A stretch of 64,000 bases of DNA from Candidatus Poribacteria bacterium (GCA_965208675.1 OZ242351.1:1632001-1696000), one strand, 5' to 3'. Shown: positions 1 to 11,168, counted from the first letter of the stretch. The notes: generated by a model from the sequence alone, not told the origin. Program-made: numbers and translations.

Positions 1-2
1 GT

Positions 3-3000
3 CTGTTCGCACGACGAATCTTCCCGCCGCAGGAGTTCGAGTTCATTCTGAACCGCCTCCATCTGAGTCGTGCTGAACGTCGCAACGCCGAGCGTGAAAT
101 TAGGGCGGTTGCGGGCATGTTCCATCACCCGCGCCGCGACGAACCGCGCTTCCGCTTTGTTTCTTCCACTCCGGCCGCGGTCATAAGCAGTATCTTGTAG
201 GTAATGGTAAATTAACCCGACCTCCTCCTTCGCGGCGTCCGGGCTTGGAAAGAGTTGCAGCTTATTTTCATAAAATTCAATGTTCGACACCGTAATTAGC
301 GATTCGTGCCGGCTGCGGTAGTGCCAACGCAGCATACGGGTCGGTGCGTTCTGCGCGCTAAATAGACCCAGTATGCTCTCCATATCGCCGGCAAGGTTTT
401 CTTCCGCGTCGAGATCCTCGTCATCATCCGCTATGTGTTTATCGAAAAAACGGGTTGGCGGAAGCTGGCGGTTATCTCCAACGACGACGGCTTGGCCGCC
501 CCGAATAATCGCTCCGAACGCGTCGACGGGTTTGACTTGGCTAGCCTCGTCAAACACCACCCAATCAAAATCAACACTGTTAGGCGGCAGGAATGTTGCT
601 ACCGACAGCGGGCTCATCATGAATACCGGTTTGATCGCTTGTATCGCATTCCCCGCTTTGGTCATTAGCTGGCGAATTGGCAGATGCCGCCGCTTTTTCT
701 CAAATTCACGCCTGAGCAGTCCCAACTGCCCGCTAGACGCTTCGTACTGGGGCAAATTACTCCTATGTTCGTATGCAACATTTGCCTTGTTGTATTCAAG
801 CGAGAGACGGTCTAAATCCTTGAATCGTTCGACCGCAAACTGGTGTGCATCACCGGTAAAACTTGCAAGGATTGGCCGTTCCCGCATTGCAGTCTCAACT
901 TGTGCGCCGTGCCAAACATGTTTAAGCAAATCCGGCAAAAACTGGCTCGCCTCTTGCCAATCACTCGCAACCCTAACAATCTCGTCAAAGCCGCTATCAT
1001 TCAGCGCTCCGGCTAAGTGATTAAAGTTGACGACTTCTTGAAGCCGCTCAGATTCTTTTTTCCAACCTTCGAGAATGTGCGCTTGCTCCGTAAATGGACG
1101 CGCTTTTAATTCATTTTCAGGTCCAAATCGCACGGTTTCGTCGAGTTGAATCATTTCAACAACAGTTCGAAGGAGCTGCGGATGCCGATTATAGTGTTCC
1201 TCAACCGCCGCAACCAAGGACCGAAGTGTTGCCGAATCCGGGTTTGACGCGAGGTAGTCAATTAACGCTTCCGGCAATTCCCCGCGTTCCACCGATTGGT
1301 GCAATGTCAAAAGGTATTGGGAGATCTCTTGAAGTCCGCGCCAGTTGGAAGACTTTCCTTCCCAGCGCGTACCGTACAACTGTTTACCGACGCCTTGAAT
1401 CTTTTGAAGGCGCGGTCGTTCACGCTGCGATTCCAGAATCGCGTCCACAAGTCGGAGCCGCACACCCTGTGCTTTGGGCAGTTCCAGCTTACACAACCCA
1501 GCAAGTTCATTGCGGGCGCGTCGAAATTTCCGCGAAAACACGCGCCACCACTTGTCTCCCTGCGCCGCCAACACCTTACGAATCTCCAGAACGCTCTGCT
1601 CCCAGGCTGCAGGGATGAGGATATTATCGTATTCTTGGTGAAGTTGGCTCAATCGTGCTCCCGCCTTCAACCCCGCCTCCAAATCATCGGATTGCGCCAC
1701 CCATTCGGGAGACTTGACAAGGACGCCCTCCATGTTCGGGGCGCTTAACGCACATTGTGCCGCGTGCATGACACTCTCGACAGCCTCACGGGTGCCGGGC
1801 GTCCCTAGTTGAAGATGCTGCGCCAGTTTTAGCGACGCGTCCTGGAGCGCTATTACCGCTTCTCTCGCCTCCACGGACAAACGTCCCACTTGAATTCTGT
1901 CATTTGGAAGAAAGATGCTGCACTGGCTGCCCCAAAACGGGTGATGTATCGGTATGCCCATCCGCTTGATAAGGATTTGCAGCTCCTCGGTGCGGTCCAA
2001 ACCCTCCGCAAAATCCGCCGCAGCGTGCCGGAATTGACTCGAGTCTAGCGTCGGAAGTTCCACCTCCGAAAGGCGGCGCTCTACCGCCAAAAGTTCCCCA
2101 TACGCCTGAAACGGTGTGATGCCGCTCTCGCCTATGGGCATGTTAACTGCACGGCAGTAGCTGTTTAAACGGTCGCGGTTTTTGAGGAGCGATTGTACTT
2201 TCTCATCAAGCGTTGTCGTCTTTGACCGGCTGAGCGCAAGCGTACGGTTTAGTTCATCAACGACCGCTTTTTTGTTCATCTTATGGCTGTGCAGCTCTAA
2301 ACACGCATCCCCAATCCCGACTTTATCCAGGTTGCGCTTAACGACTTCCAACGCCGCCATCTTTTCCGCAACAAACAGCACCCGTTTTCCATTTGAGATG
2401 GCTTCCCCAATTAGGTTCGTAATGGTTTGAGATTTTCCGGTGCCCGGCGGGCCCTGAATAACAAGATTTCGGCCTTCGCTTACATCGTGAATTGCCAATG
2501 CTTGCGAACTATCCGCATCAACGACATGATGCGTCTCACCGGGGTTGAGATGTTCGTCAATGGGAGAATCAACAGGAATGGTTGAACTTGGTTCTTGAAA
2601 GCCCGTTGCTAACGCAGATTGCAAGACCGAATGCTCAGGCAGCGCGTCATTGTCCCAATTCGTGCTTTCTAAGTCGCGATACATCAGAAACTTCGCAAAC
2701 GAGAAAAATCCGAGCACAATCGCAGAACCATTAACTGACCAACGGCAGATATCGTCATGTGGCGTATCCATTATTGACGCACTAACGGTTTGAAAATAAC
2801 CCTGAACATCAAGCTCATCAAGGTCATCCGCATCAAGAAGGTCAGGTAGGTGGATGCCGAACTCAGATTTTAACTTCTCCTGAAGAGAGAGGTTCGTTCC
2901 GAATTCCTCCTCCGTGTAACCGATTCGGAAACGCGCGCGGACACTGGCGCGGCTGAGTTCCACCGGAATTAGAACTAGCGGTGCGCGGCGCAGTGTATCA

Positions 3001-3410
3001 CTCGATTCGGATTCGTACCATTCGAGCATGCCGAGCGCGAGATACAGTGTGTTGACCCCCTGTTCTTCGATCGCTGTCCGCGCTGTATAGTACGTGTTTA
3101 GCAGCCGCCTCTGAAGCTCCGTCGGCGAATAGTGTGTTTGGAGTTTGCTATCGGTATGTCGAGCAGGGCCGGCTTCCGTTTCATCTTCTTCAAACAGTTG
3201 AAAGTCATCATCCGCATCAAGTTCGGGCTTGGGAAGGAAAGACATATCCTTTCCCTGTTGTACAAGGATTTGATAGACACTTGCAGGGGATTCATCCACG
3301 ACCTCAAGCCCTCTCGCTTTGAGCAGCCTGTAGTTAATCAAAGGGTTGCGCAAACTCAGGTCGAGCAGTTCTTTTCGTGCTTCATCCAACTTTGTTTGAA
3401 TGGTGTTCAT
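3..3410 (-). CDS. DUF4011-domain superfamily 1 helicase (Hhe/DUF3320-type), 3' end outside window
   Basis: Absent from the ORF track because it runs off the edge. Manual translation from ATG 3410 gives MNTIQTKLDEARKELLDLSLRNPLINY and EEQGVNTLYLALGMLEWYES (DUF4011), Walker A QGPPGTGKSQTITNLI at ~2410-2460, and FDWVVFDEASQ...VVGDNRQLPPT at ~450-570. Frame was checked at the start, the Walker A and the edge. Confidence 0.88.
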   Translation of the reverse strand, partial: MNTIQTKLDEARKELLDLSLRNPLINYRLLKARGLEVVDESPASVYQILVQQGKDMSFLPKPELDADDDFQLFEEDETEAGPARHTDSKLQTHYSPTELQRRLLNTYYTARTAIEEQGVNTLYLALGMLEWYESESSDTLRRAPLVLIPVELSRASVRARFRIGYTEEEFGTNLSLQEKLKSEFGIHLPDLLDADDLDELDVQGYFQTVSASIMDTPHDDICRWSVNGSAIVLGFFSFAKFLMYRDLESTNWDNDALPEHSVLQSALATGFQEPSSTIPVDSPIDEHLNPGETHHVVDADSSQALAIHDVSEGRNLVIQGPPGTGKSQTITNLIGEAISNGKRVLFVAEKMAALEVVKRNLDKVGIGDACLELHSHKMNKKAVVDELNRTLALSRSKTTTLDEKVQSLLKNRDRLNSYCRAVNMPIGESGITPFQAYGELLAVERRLSEVELPTLDSSQFRHAAADFAEGLDRTEELQILIKRMGIPIHHPFWGSQCSIFLPNDRIQVGRLSVEAREAVIALQDASLKLAQHLQLGTPGTREAVESVMHAAQCALSAPNMEGVLVKSPEWVAQSDDLEAGLKAGARLSQLHQEYDNILIPAAWEQSVLEIRKVLAAQGDKWWRVFSRKFRRARNELAGLCKLELPKAQGVRLRLVDAILESQRERPRLQKIQGVGKQLYGTRWEGKSSNWRGLQEISQYLLTLHQSVERGELPEALIDYLASNPDSATLRSLVAAVEEHYNRHPQLLRTVVEMIQLDETVRFGPENELKARPFTEQAHILEGWKKESERLQEVVNFNHLAGALNDSGFDEIVRVASDWQEASQFLPDLLKHVWHGAQVETAMRERPILASFTGDAHQFAVERFKDLDRLSLEYNKANVAYEHRSNLPQYEASSGQLGLLRREFEKKRRHLPIRQLMTKAGNAIQAIKPVFMMSPLSVATFLPPNSVDFDWVVFDEASQVKPVDAFGAIIRGGQAVVVGDNRQLPPTRFFDKHIADDDEDLDAEENLAGDMESILGLFSAQNAPTRMLRWHYRSRHESLITVSNIEFYENKLQLFPSPDAAKEEVGLIYHYLQDTAYDRGRSGRNKAEARFVAARVMEHARNRPNFTLGVATFSTTQMEAVQNELELLRREDSSCEQ

Positions 3411-3559
3411 ATCATTCGCTAACAATACATCACCGCATAACGTCCAATAGCTCTACAAAAGCAAGGTGTAAAACACACTCTTTCTGAAGTTTCCTTAAAC
3501 CTTAACGCCAACTGAGAGCAGAGATTGTACGAAATAATTAAGTAGATTCAACTCAAGTG

Positions 3560-4435
3560 CTATGGATTCCGGAGCGTGTTCAACAGCGTCTCTCCAATGG
3601 TTGCCGGGCTTTCAGCCACGACGATGCCAGCCGCTGTCAGAGCGTTAATTTTCTCTCCCGCTGTGCCGTGTCCGCCAGCGATAATCGCCCCGGCGTGCCC
3701 CATCCGTTTTCCCGGCGGCGCCGTCTGTCCCGCAATAAAACCGACGACCGGCTTGCTCATGTTATTTTTCACGAAATCAGCCGCAGTTTCCTCCGCGGTG
3801 CCGCCAATCTCGCCAATCATGACCACCGCTTCCGTATCCGAGTCTTCTTCAAACAGTGCCAGGACATCAACGAAACTCGTCCCGATGACCGGATCGCCGC
3901 CAATGCCGACGCATGAGGATTGCCCGAGACCGAGCTTCGTCAATTGATACGCCGCCTCGTATGTCAACGTGCCGCTGCGGGAAACGATGCCTATCTTTCC
4001 GGGCTGAAATACAGAACCGGGCAGCACCCCGATTTTGCACTCGTCGGGCGTGATGACGCCCGGACAGTTAGGGCCAATCAGACGAATCGGCTTCCCTTCC
4101 AAATAGCGTTTAACCTTCACCATATCAAGGACGGACACACCCTCCGTTATACAGACCACTAGACCTATCCCTGCGTCGGCGGCTTCCATAATGGCGTCCG
4201 GAGCGAACGGCGCAGGCACATAAATCGTGGACGCATCCGCACCGGTCGCACTAACCGCTTCGGCAACCGTATTGAAAACAGGAATTCCGTCAACATCGCC
4301 TCCCCCCTTGCCCGGGCTAGTACCGGCGACAATCTTTGTGCCGTAAGCCACACTCTGCTGCGCGTTAAACCGCCCTGAACGGCCGGTAATGCCTTGAACA
4401 ACCACCCTTGTTTCCTTATTCACAAGAATGCTCAC
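3560..4435 (-). CDS. sucD: Succinyl-CoA synthetase alpha subunit
   Basis: [25 protein letters not shown] and the GKRMGHAGA phospho-His motif. Probable GTG start at 4435 after AGGAG. Confidence 0.96.
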   Translation of the reverse strand: MSILVNKETRVVVQGITGRSGRFNAQQSVAYGTKIVAGTSPGKGGGDVDGIPVFNTVAEAVSATGADASTIYVPAPFAPDAIMEAADAGIGLVVCITEGVSVLDMVKVKRYLEGKPIRLIGPNCPGVITPDECKIGVLPGSVFQPGKIGIVSRSGTLTYEAAYQLTKLGLGQSSCVGIGGDPVIGTSFVDVLALFEEDSDTEAVVMIGEIGGTAEETAADFVKNNMSKPVVGFIAGQTAPPGKRMGHAGAIIAGGHGTAGEKINALTAAGIVVAESPATIGETLLNTLRNP

Positions 4436-4536
4436 TAAATCTGACTCCTTTCGACTCAAACAAATTTTACGTTTTCACCTGCCGCTGCAACTATTGTCCC
4501 TATTCGCTCATGCGGCGCTTTCGGTTTTTCAGCTGT

Positions 4537-5970
4537 TTAATACGCCCTAGCGAAGATAACATCCTGCTCGGAAGAATCGCCGCACACTATGCACTTTCCG
4601 CTCTCTCCATTTTGATCAAAGGGAATACAACGCGTGGTGGCTTTCGTATCTGCCTTGACTTTTTCCTCGCACGCGATGCCGCCGCACCACGGCGCGCGGG
4701 CAAACCCCTGATCCACCGCTTCCCGAAGCGAATCGTAATCAGTCGGTTCATAAGTGTGTTCGTCGCGAAATTCGGTGTTGCGGACAAGCAAATCACTCTG
4801 GATCCGGTTGAGCAAATTGGTGACGGTGTCGGAAATGCACGCAAGCGGGGTAAATGACTTGCCTTCACGACCGGGTTGGTCGCGTCGAGCTAGCACCGCC
4901 TGTGCCTTCTGAACATCTCTGGGACCAATTTCAATTCGCAGCGGCACGCCCTTCAACTCCCATTCGTTGAACTTCCAACCGGGAGAGTATTCATCGCGAT
5001 CGTCGACCTTTAGCCGTACGCTATTGCCAATGGCGGTTTTGACCTCCTCTACTGTACGCATCACCTCAGATTTTTCTGCGTCTGTTTTCCAGATTGGTAC
5101 TACCACGACTTGGATGGGCGCAAGCCGCGGCGGTAAAATGAGCCCCTGGTCATCGCCGTGCGCCATAATGATTGCGCCCACCATGCGCGTGCTCACGCCC
5201 CAGCTTGTTGTCCAACAGTATTGCTGTACCCCATTTTCATCTTGATATTGAATATCAAAAGCTTTAGCGAAATTCTGCCCGAAGTAATGGGAGGTGCCAG
5301 ACTGCAGCGCCCGCTTATCGCCCATCATGGCTTCTATGCTATAGGAAGCCTCTGCGCCGGGGAATTTCTCGCTTTCGCTCTTGCGGCCGGGAATCACCGG
5401 TATTGCAGCATCGTTGGCGGCAAAGTCGGTGTACACATCGAGCATGCGCAGCGTCTCTTCATGCGCCTCCTCGGAAGTCGCGTGGGCGGTGTGGCCCTCT
5501 TGCCAGAAAAACTCCATAGTACGTAGAAAAAGGCGTGTGCGGAGTTCCCACCGCACAACATTCGCCCACTGATTGATGAGCACCGGCAGATCTCGATACG
5601 ATTGAATCCATTGGCTGTACATGTGCCCAATGATAGTCTCGGAGGTTGGACGCACTGCCAGCGGCTCTTCCAACTCTTTACCTCCGCCGTGCGTAACAAC
5701 GGCTAGCTCCGGTTTGAAGCCTTCGACGTGCTCTGACTCCTTTTCGATGAAACTCATCGGGATGAAAAGGGGGAAGCAGGCATTCTCATGCCCCGTCTCC
5801 TTAAAGCGCCGGTCCAGTCCCTCTTTCACGTTCTCCCAAAGCGAAAAACCGTAAGGGCGGATGACCATACAACCCCGCACTGGGGCGTAATCCGCTAGTT
5901 GCGCCTGCCGAATCACATCGGTATACCATTCTGAATAGTCTTGGCTGCGGGGCGTTATCTTCTCTCTCAT
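4537..5970 (-). CDS. proS: Proline--tRNA ligase (eukaryote/archaeal-type)
   Basis: RPTSETII, QWANVVRWE, FLRTMEFFWQEGHTAH, SWGVSTR and C-terminal FARAY. Confidence 0.96.
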   Translation of the reverse strand: MREKITPRSQDYSEWYTDVIRQAQLADYAPVRGCMVIRPYGFSLWENVKEGLDRRFKETGHENACFPLFIPMSFIEKESEHVEGFKPELAVVTHGGGKELEEPLAVRPTSETIIGHMYSQWIQSYRDLPVLINQWANVVRWELRTRLFLRTMEFFWQEGHTAHATSEEAHEETLRMLDVYTDFAANDAAIPVIPGRKSESEKFPGAEASYSIEAMMGDKRALQSGTSHYFGQNFAKAFDIQYQDENGVQQYCWTTSWGVSTRMVGAIIMAHGDDQGLILPPRLAPIQVVVVPIWKTDAEKSEVMRTVEEVKTAIGNSVRLKVDDRDEYSPGWKFNEWELKGVPLRIEIGPRDVQKAQAVLARRDQPGREGKSFTPLACISDTVTNLLNRIQSDLLVRNTEFRDEHTYEPTDYDSLREAVDQGFARAPWCGGIACEEKVKADTKATTRCIPFDQNGESGKCIVCGDSSEQDVIFARAY

Positions 5971-6044
5971 ATATTTTTCTCCAAGTTACTAGGTCCCGTT
6001 GACATTTGACAAATTGAAACCATCTCCCCAACGTAGTAAGCATA

Positions 6045-6150
6045 AAAGTAGTAGGCACACTCCGTGTGCCGTAACTCAAACCTCAATCCGAGCAACTAAC
6101 TTCAAACCAATACACGAATATCACGGCGCACGGAGTGTGCATGCTACTTT
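6045..6150. repeat. REP-like inverted doublet (GTAG family)
   Basis: The 28-bp arms AAAGTAGTAGGCACACTCCGTGTGCCGT (6045-6072) and 6123-6150 are inverted with 3 mismatches. Each arm has an internal hairpin. Confidence 0.8.
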
Positions 6151-6195
6151 CAAATCAACAATAACGTATCTAGAACATTCGCAAAGATTTTCGTT

Positions 6196-7107
6196 CTACA
6201 AGTTCTCCGTCACCCATTGTTCTACCTTCGCCAATTTTTCTTCATCTATACTGAATTCCTGTGCTTCAGTTGGGAATAGCCCCTCCTCAACCTCTTGCTT
6301 GTACTGGCATATCGCTTGAAATGTCAAAATTTCGTAGTCCTCATATGCCTTCGTATAAGTTAGGGCAAGCGCACCAATACCCAAAATGTCGTGGATGACG
6401 AGCACTTGGCCGTCGCAGTCGCCGCCCGATCCAATGCCAATCGTGGGGATTCTCAATTTCTCGGTGATTATCTTGCTAATTTCCCTTGTGACCATCTCAA
6501 GAACAATCAGTTTCGCACCGGCATTCTCCAGAGCCAACGCGCTTTGAATTAACGACTTGCCTTTTGAATACGTCCTGCCGCGCACCAACCGGCGCGAGCC
6601 GTGAAATTGCGGATTGTGGCCGATATGGGCGCAGACATCTATGCTGTTCTCCGCTAATGCCTTGACAACCGCTTCCTTTTCCCACCCCTCCAACTTGACG
6701 CCGTCAGCTCCGTACGAAAGCAACGTTTCTGCGTTTTCCAACGCCTGTCCAGGAGTATCATAGGTCTTGTACGGCATGTCGACGAGGAGGTATGCGGTGG
6801 TGACGCCTCTGCGTACAGCCTTCAGATGGTGAAGCATATCCGCCATCGTGACTTCAGTGTCGCTTTCATAACCCAAAACGTTCATTCCCACGCTGTCGCC
6901 AACGAAGATTATGTCTATTCCAGCCTTGTCCTCCATGAGTGCGGTTGGATAGTCATAGCAAGTTAACATCGTGAGTTTCTGATTCGCCCGCTTCTTTGAA
7001 AGCAAGAAATTGATGTCTTTCTTGGCCTTCGAGCGGCTGGAAATGGAGCGCGATGGGCGTTTATTCTGTTGATTATTCGGTTTCACTTTGGTCAACCTGG
7101 CCTGCAT
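6196..7107 (-). CDS. panB: 3-methyl-2-oxobutanoate hydroxymethyltransferase
   Basis: MLTCYD, VGDSVGM, VDMPY, VKLEG, TIGIGSG and DGQVLV. The basic N-terminal extension makes the start uncertain. Confidence 0.93.
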   Translation of the reverse strand: MQARLTKVKPNNQQNKRPSRSISSRSKAKKDINFLLSKKRANQKLTMLTCYDYPTALMEDKAGIDIIFVGDSVGMNVLGYESDTEVTMADMLHHLKAVRRGVTTAYLLVDMPYKTYDTPGQALENAETLLSYGADGVKLEGWEKEAVVKALAENSIDVCAHIGHNPQFHGSRRLVRGRTYSKGKSLIQSALALENAGAKLIVLEMVTREISKIITEKLRIPTIGIGSGGDCDGQVLVIHDILGIGALALTYTKAYEDYEILTFQAICQYKQEVEEGLFPTEAQEFSIDEEKLAKVEQWVTENL

Positions 7108-7230
7108 TCCAAGATTAGTTCAAAATTATCGTTCAAACGAACGGACAGTGAGCACGATAGGGTACTCTTCAGTTTTCAAATCTATCGCGCACCTTATCCA
7201 GCCGCAAAATCTATCGTCATTGCAATCCGC

Positions 7231-8424
7231 TCAGTTGTTCGTTTTGTCCGTCAATCCAGCTATGCCCGGCAGCTCTTTCCCCTCAAGGTATTTGAGCGTA
7301 GCGCCGCCGCCTGTAGAAACGTGTGTGATTCGGTCCGCAATGCCCGCTTTATTCGCGGCAGCGACGCAATCGCCGCCCCCGATTATGCTGACCGCTTTCG
7401 ATTCGGCAATGCGCTTGGCAATCTCGATTGTACCCTTCGAAAATCGTTCAAACTCGTAGACTCCCAATGGACCATTCCAAAACACGGTTTTTGCCGCATT
7501 AATAATATTCCCGTACTCTACGATTGACTTGGGGCCAATGTCTAATCTCTCCCATCCGTCGGGGATTCCCTCGCGTGGAACAATTTGTGATTCCGCATCT
7601 GCACTCAATTCCTTTGCAATGAGGTGATCGTGCGGCAAATGAATAGGGATGTTCCGGCTCAATGCTTTTCTCAGTAATCCAATCGCAATTTCAAGATTTT
7701 CCGATTCTACAACGGCCTTCCCAACAGGCATTCCCATAGCTTTGAGAAAGGTATTGGTCATCTTACCGCCGACAATTATCTCATTAACCTTATCCAAAAG
7801 GTTTTCAATCATGCCAATCTTATCAGAAATTTTGACTCCGCCAAGAATAGCAACAAACGTGCGTTCCGGATTTTGAAGGGTTTTGTTAAGATGCCTGAGT
7901 TCCCTCTCCACCAATAACCCGGCGGCGGACTGGTCGAAGAATCGGGTAACACCTTCAGTCGATGCATGAGCCCGGTGTGCCGTGCCAAAGGCGTCATTCA
8001 CATATATGTCCGCGAGCGATGCAAGTTCTTTTGCAAATTCAGGATTGTTCGCTGTTTCCTCCTTATGAAATCGGACATTCTCAAGTAGAAGGACGCCGCC
8101 ATCCTGAAGTTGAGAAATGGACGATTCCACTTCAGGTCCAACACAATCGAGGGCATGCATTACACGCTGCCCCATCAGGCGGCTGACATGCTCTGCAACC
8201 GGGGCGGTCGAGAATGCAGAATCAAACCCGTTAGGCCGCCCCAAGTGCGTTATCAAGATGATTTTGGCGCCGTTCGCAATTAGATGTAAAATCGTCGGAA
8301 GTGCAGCCCGGATGCGAGTGTCATCGGCAATTCGCGTCCCCTCCATCAACACATTGAAGTCAACACGCACCAGCACACGTTTTCCAGCCACATCTAAATC
8401 GCGTAACCCGAGTTTTTCCCCCAA
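7231..8424 (-). CDS. pgk: Phosphoglycerate kinase
   Basis: VRVDFNV, HLGRP, NDAFGTAHRAHAS, WNGPLGVYE and STGGGA. Confidence 0.96.
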   Translation of the reverse strand: MGEKLGLRDLDVAGKRVLVRVDFNVLMEGTRIADDTRIRAALPTILHLIANGAKIILITHLGRPNGFDSAFSTAPVAEHVSRLMGQRVMHALDCVGPEVESSISQLQDGGVLLLENVRFHKEETANNPEFAKELASLADIYVNDAFGTAHRAHASTEGVTRFFDQSAAGLLVERELRHLNKTLQNPERTFVAILGGVKISDKIGMIENLLDKVNEIIVGGKMTNTFLKAMGMPVGKAVVESENLEIAIGLLRKALSRNIPIHLPHDHLIAKELSADAESQIVPREGIPDGWERLDIGPKSIVEYGNIINAAKTVFWNGPLGVYEFERFSKGTIEIAKRIAESKAVSIIGGGDCVAAANKAGIADRITHVSTGGGATLKYLEGKELPGIAGLTDKTNN

Positions 8425-8595
8425 ATTTACATCTCCTTGAAATTGTGTCGCGTAAGGCTGGATTAAGTTAAATGTTACGTGCCATCGGCTGTCTTCCTCT
8501 TTTTGAGAATCGCCCTACTATTGCTGCTCACCCGGTTTTGGTGTGCCCTGTAAGCAGAGTTTGTGTCCAGCCTAACTGTCATGGCGTTCGGTTAG

Positions 8596-9831
8596 TTACA
8601 TCGGTTCAACCACAATGCCCATGAACAACATGGACTTCGTCGCGTTGTCATAAATCGCAAAAAAGAACGGGCGGTCTACAATGAAGCTTGGCGGGGCAGA
8701 CTCAACACCTACGACAACAGTTACCGCCGCCGCTTCGGTGCCCTCTTCGTTGACCTCCACGAAGGCTTTGTGCCGAACTTCGCTAATGAACAAACTTGGT
8801 CCCATGCCGCTGAAATCCGCTCCGCCACCGAAAGCGATGTCCATCCCGAGTGTTTTGAGTGTGTCATTAAGCTGCACCTCATATTCCAGCTTGAAACGCG
8901 GGAGTATTATCATGCTGTCATCCGTACCTTCACGAAACTGCGGCAACCAGTTTGACCAACTTTCAGAATTTAAAACGCCCAGAAACTCATCTAAATTCGT
9001 GCCGCGGTCGGGCAGGAAGATATACATGTTCACATTCCCATCCCCGTAGGGTAAACTCGCTGCCTCGAATGTTTCGCCGCGAAAGTATGGGTACGCTCCC
9101 TCTCGGGTCATCATCGGTACCTGCTTCTCGCTCCCATCCGATAACCGGAAAATACCGTCCCGTGTTCTTGACTTGTCGAACTCCTCCTTCCAACTACCTT
9201 TGAAGTATATGGCGTTAATCAACATAATCAGCGTCCGGGGATCGATACTTTGAACAATCTTTTTAACTTTCCCCTTCGTGTTTGTCTCTACCCAACCGTT
9301 GATGACTTCCGGCGTTTCCGGCGCACCAAAATCGAGAACCGTGATTTCCGCATCAAAAAACTCACGGTTTCGATTTAAAAAATCAGCGTTAAATTCAACG
9401 CCCTGCCGTCCCCAAATCGAATTTGCGATCGAAAGTTGGACTTCTGATCCACGGTTTTCGAGGCTCTCTCGCAAGGCGGCGTTCGAGCGGTTGACGGAGT
9501 CTCTGTCCAACCCTTCTATTTCTAATACCTCCGCCATGGCGAGTTGTGTTTCTCCAACAGCCCCGTTGTAAGTCATGGTGAGCGCTATCGAGATGCTCAA
9601 TGGAGAGATGAAGATATTCGTTCCCGGTTCGCGTGATTGGACATCCGAAAGCAACTTAAAGCCAAATCTCGTGTTTGCCGTAGCAACGCTTGAAAAAGCT
9701 GGATCGCTAATGATGTCCAAAACATCTCCGATATTGTCCGGTGGAGAGTCACCATCGGAACAACTGAGCAGGCACAGCAACATAATACCCGCAAATCCAA
9801 TAAGAATCTGATGATGCCAAGGTATTTTCAT
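8596..9831 (-). CDS. Serpin family protease inhibitor, predicted lipoprotein
   Basis: NIFISPLSI, NAIYFKGSW, hinge EEGTEAAAVT and DRPFFFAI. Lipobox-like LLSC follows a hydrophobic N-terminus. Confidence 0.93.
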   Translation of the reverse strand: MKIPWHHQILIGFAGIMLLCLLSCSDGDSPPDNIGDVLDIISDPAFSSVATANTRFGFKLLSDVQSREPGTNIFISPLSISIALTMTYNGAVGETQLAMAEVLEIEGLDRDSVNRSNAALRESLENRGSEVQLSIANSIWGRQGVEFNADFLNRNREFFDAEITVLDFGAPETPEVINGWVETNTKGKVKKIVQSIDPRTLIMLINAIYFKGSWKEEFDKSRTRDGIFRLSDGSEKQVPMMTREGAYPYFRGETFEAASLPYGDGNVNMYIFLPDRGTNLDEFLGVLNSESWSNWLPQFREGTDDSMIILPRFKLEYEVQLNDTLKTLGMDIAFGGGADFSGMGPSLFISEVRHKAFVEVNEEGTEAAAVTVVVGVESAPPSFIVDRPFFFAIYDNATKSMLFMGIVVEPM

Positions 9832-9832
9832 T

Positions 9833-11008
9833 TTACCTTCCCTGTGCTGCAGCCACCGCTTTTTGGGCGGATTCTGTTAGCCCGTCGGCGGTGATTAAAT
9901 TCAAACCGGAATTAGCAAACAGTGCTTTCGCCAACTCAACATTTGTGCCTTCTAACCGCACAACTAGCGGCACGTTTAAATCGATCTGCTTAATCGCTTC
10001 AATAATCCCGTTGGCGATCGTGTCGCATTTCACAATGCCCCCGAAAATATTCACTAGAACCGCTTTCACATTTTCATCAGCGAGAATCAGGCGAAAAGCG
10101 TGTTCAACACCTTCGGTTGTGACGCCTCCGCCGACATCAAGGAAATTCGCGGGTTCCCCGCCGTGCAGCTTAATTAGATCCATCGTCGCCATCGCCAGCC
10201 CGGCTCCGTTGACCATGCAGCCTATGTTCCCGTCAAGGCTGATGTAACTCAATCCCGACTGTTTGGCTTCCAGCTCTCTCGGATTTTCTTCGTGCGGGTC
10301 TCGCATCGCTTCGATATCTTTATGCCGCCACAGCGCGTTGTCGTCGAAATTCAGCTTAGCGTCGACTGCAAGCAGATCGGGTCCGGTGTCAGTCTTTGTG
10401 ACTGCGAGCGGGTTAATCTCCGCAAGTAAGCAGTCGCAGTCAACGAAGGTGTTGTACAAACCGCTCATCATATCGGTTGCCTTGGAGATGAGACTTTCGG
10501 GAAGGTTCAAGCCGTAAGCCAGTTTTCGTGCTTGAAAGGCTTGAAAGCCGACTGACGAATCAATCACCTCATTGAGGATTTTTTCAGGACAAGTCGCGGC
10601 AACCGCTTCAATGTCCACACCGCCCTCTTCGCTTCCCATCATTACCAACCGCGAACTCGCTCGATCAAGGACAATGCTGAGGTAAAGTTCCCGCTCAATC
10701 TCTTGCGCCTCGGCGACCAGACATTTTCGAACCCGCTTTCCGCCCGGGCCCGTCTGATGCGTGACCAGTTGCATGCCGAGAATTGCCTCAGCATGCTCAC
10801 GGACCATTTCGGGGCTAGTGGCGAGCTTGACGCCGCCTCCCTTCCCGCGTCCACCGGCGTGAATTTGGGCTTTCACAACATACGTAGGACAGTCAAGCTG
10901 CCGAGCGACCTTCTCTGCTTCATCGGGAGTGGACGCTACTTGTCCGCGCGGGACATTTACGCCGTGGGCTTCTAGTAAATCTTTCGCTTGATATTCATGT
11001 ACGTTCAT
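9833..11008 (-). CDS. sucC: Succinyl-CoA synthetase beta subunit
   Basis: [42 protein letters not shown] and [10 protein letters not shown]. Confidence 0.97.
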   Translation of the reverse strand: MNVHEYQAKDLLEAHGVNVPRGQVASTPDEAEKVARQLDCPTYVVKAQIHAGGRGKGGGVKLATSPEMVREHAEAILGMQLVTHQTGPGGKRVRKCLVAEAQEIERELYLSIVLDRASSRLVMMGSEEGGVDIEAVAATCPEKILNEVIDSSVGFQAFQARKLAYGLNLPESLISKATDMMSGLYNTFVDCDCLLAEINPLAVTKTDTGPDLLAVDAKLNFDDNALWRHKDIEAMRDPHEENPRELEAKQSGLSYISLDGNIGCMVNGAGLAMATMDLIKLHGGEPANFLDVGGGVTTEGVEHAFRLILADENVKAVLVNIFGGIVKCDTIANGIIEAIKQIDLNVPLVVRLEGTNVELAKALFANSGLNLITADGLTESAQKAVAAAQGR

Positions 11009-11168
11009 TCCTATCCTCCAAACAAGTTAGGCTAAATGGAAATAATACGCAACACCGAATGCGCATCCATCGCACAGATACGTCAATAACATTTGCTTGC
11101 ACGGGAAGGCTTCCGAATAGCTGCCGGCGGCGCAATGGCGCCGTTTTGCCAATTTAAAATGCCGCTAA

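Noticed and set aside
373-3422. Plus-strand ORFs (373-1020, 1094-1618, 1296-1748 and others)
   Set aside because: Antisense shadows of the long minus-strand helicase frame.
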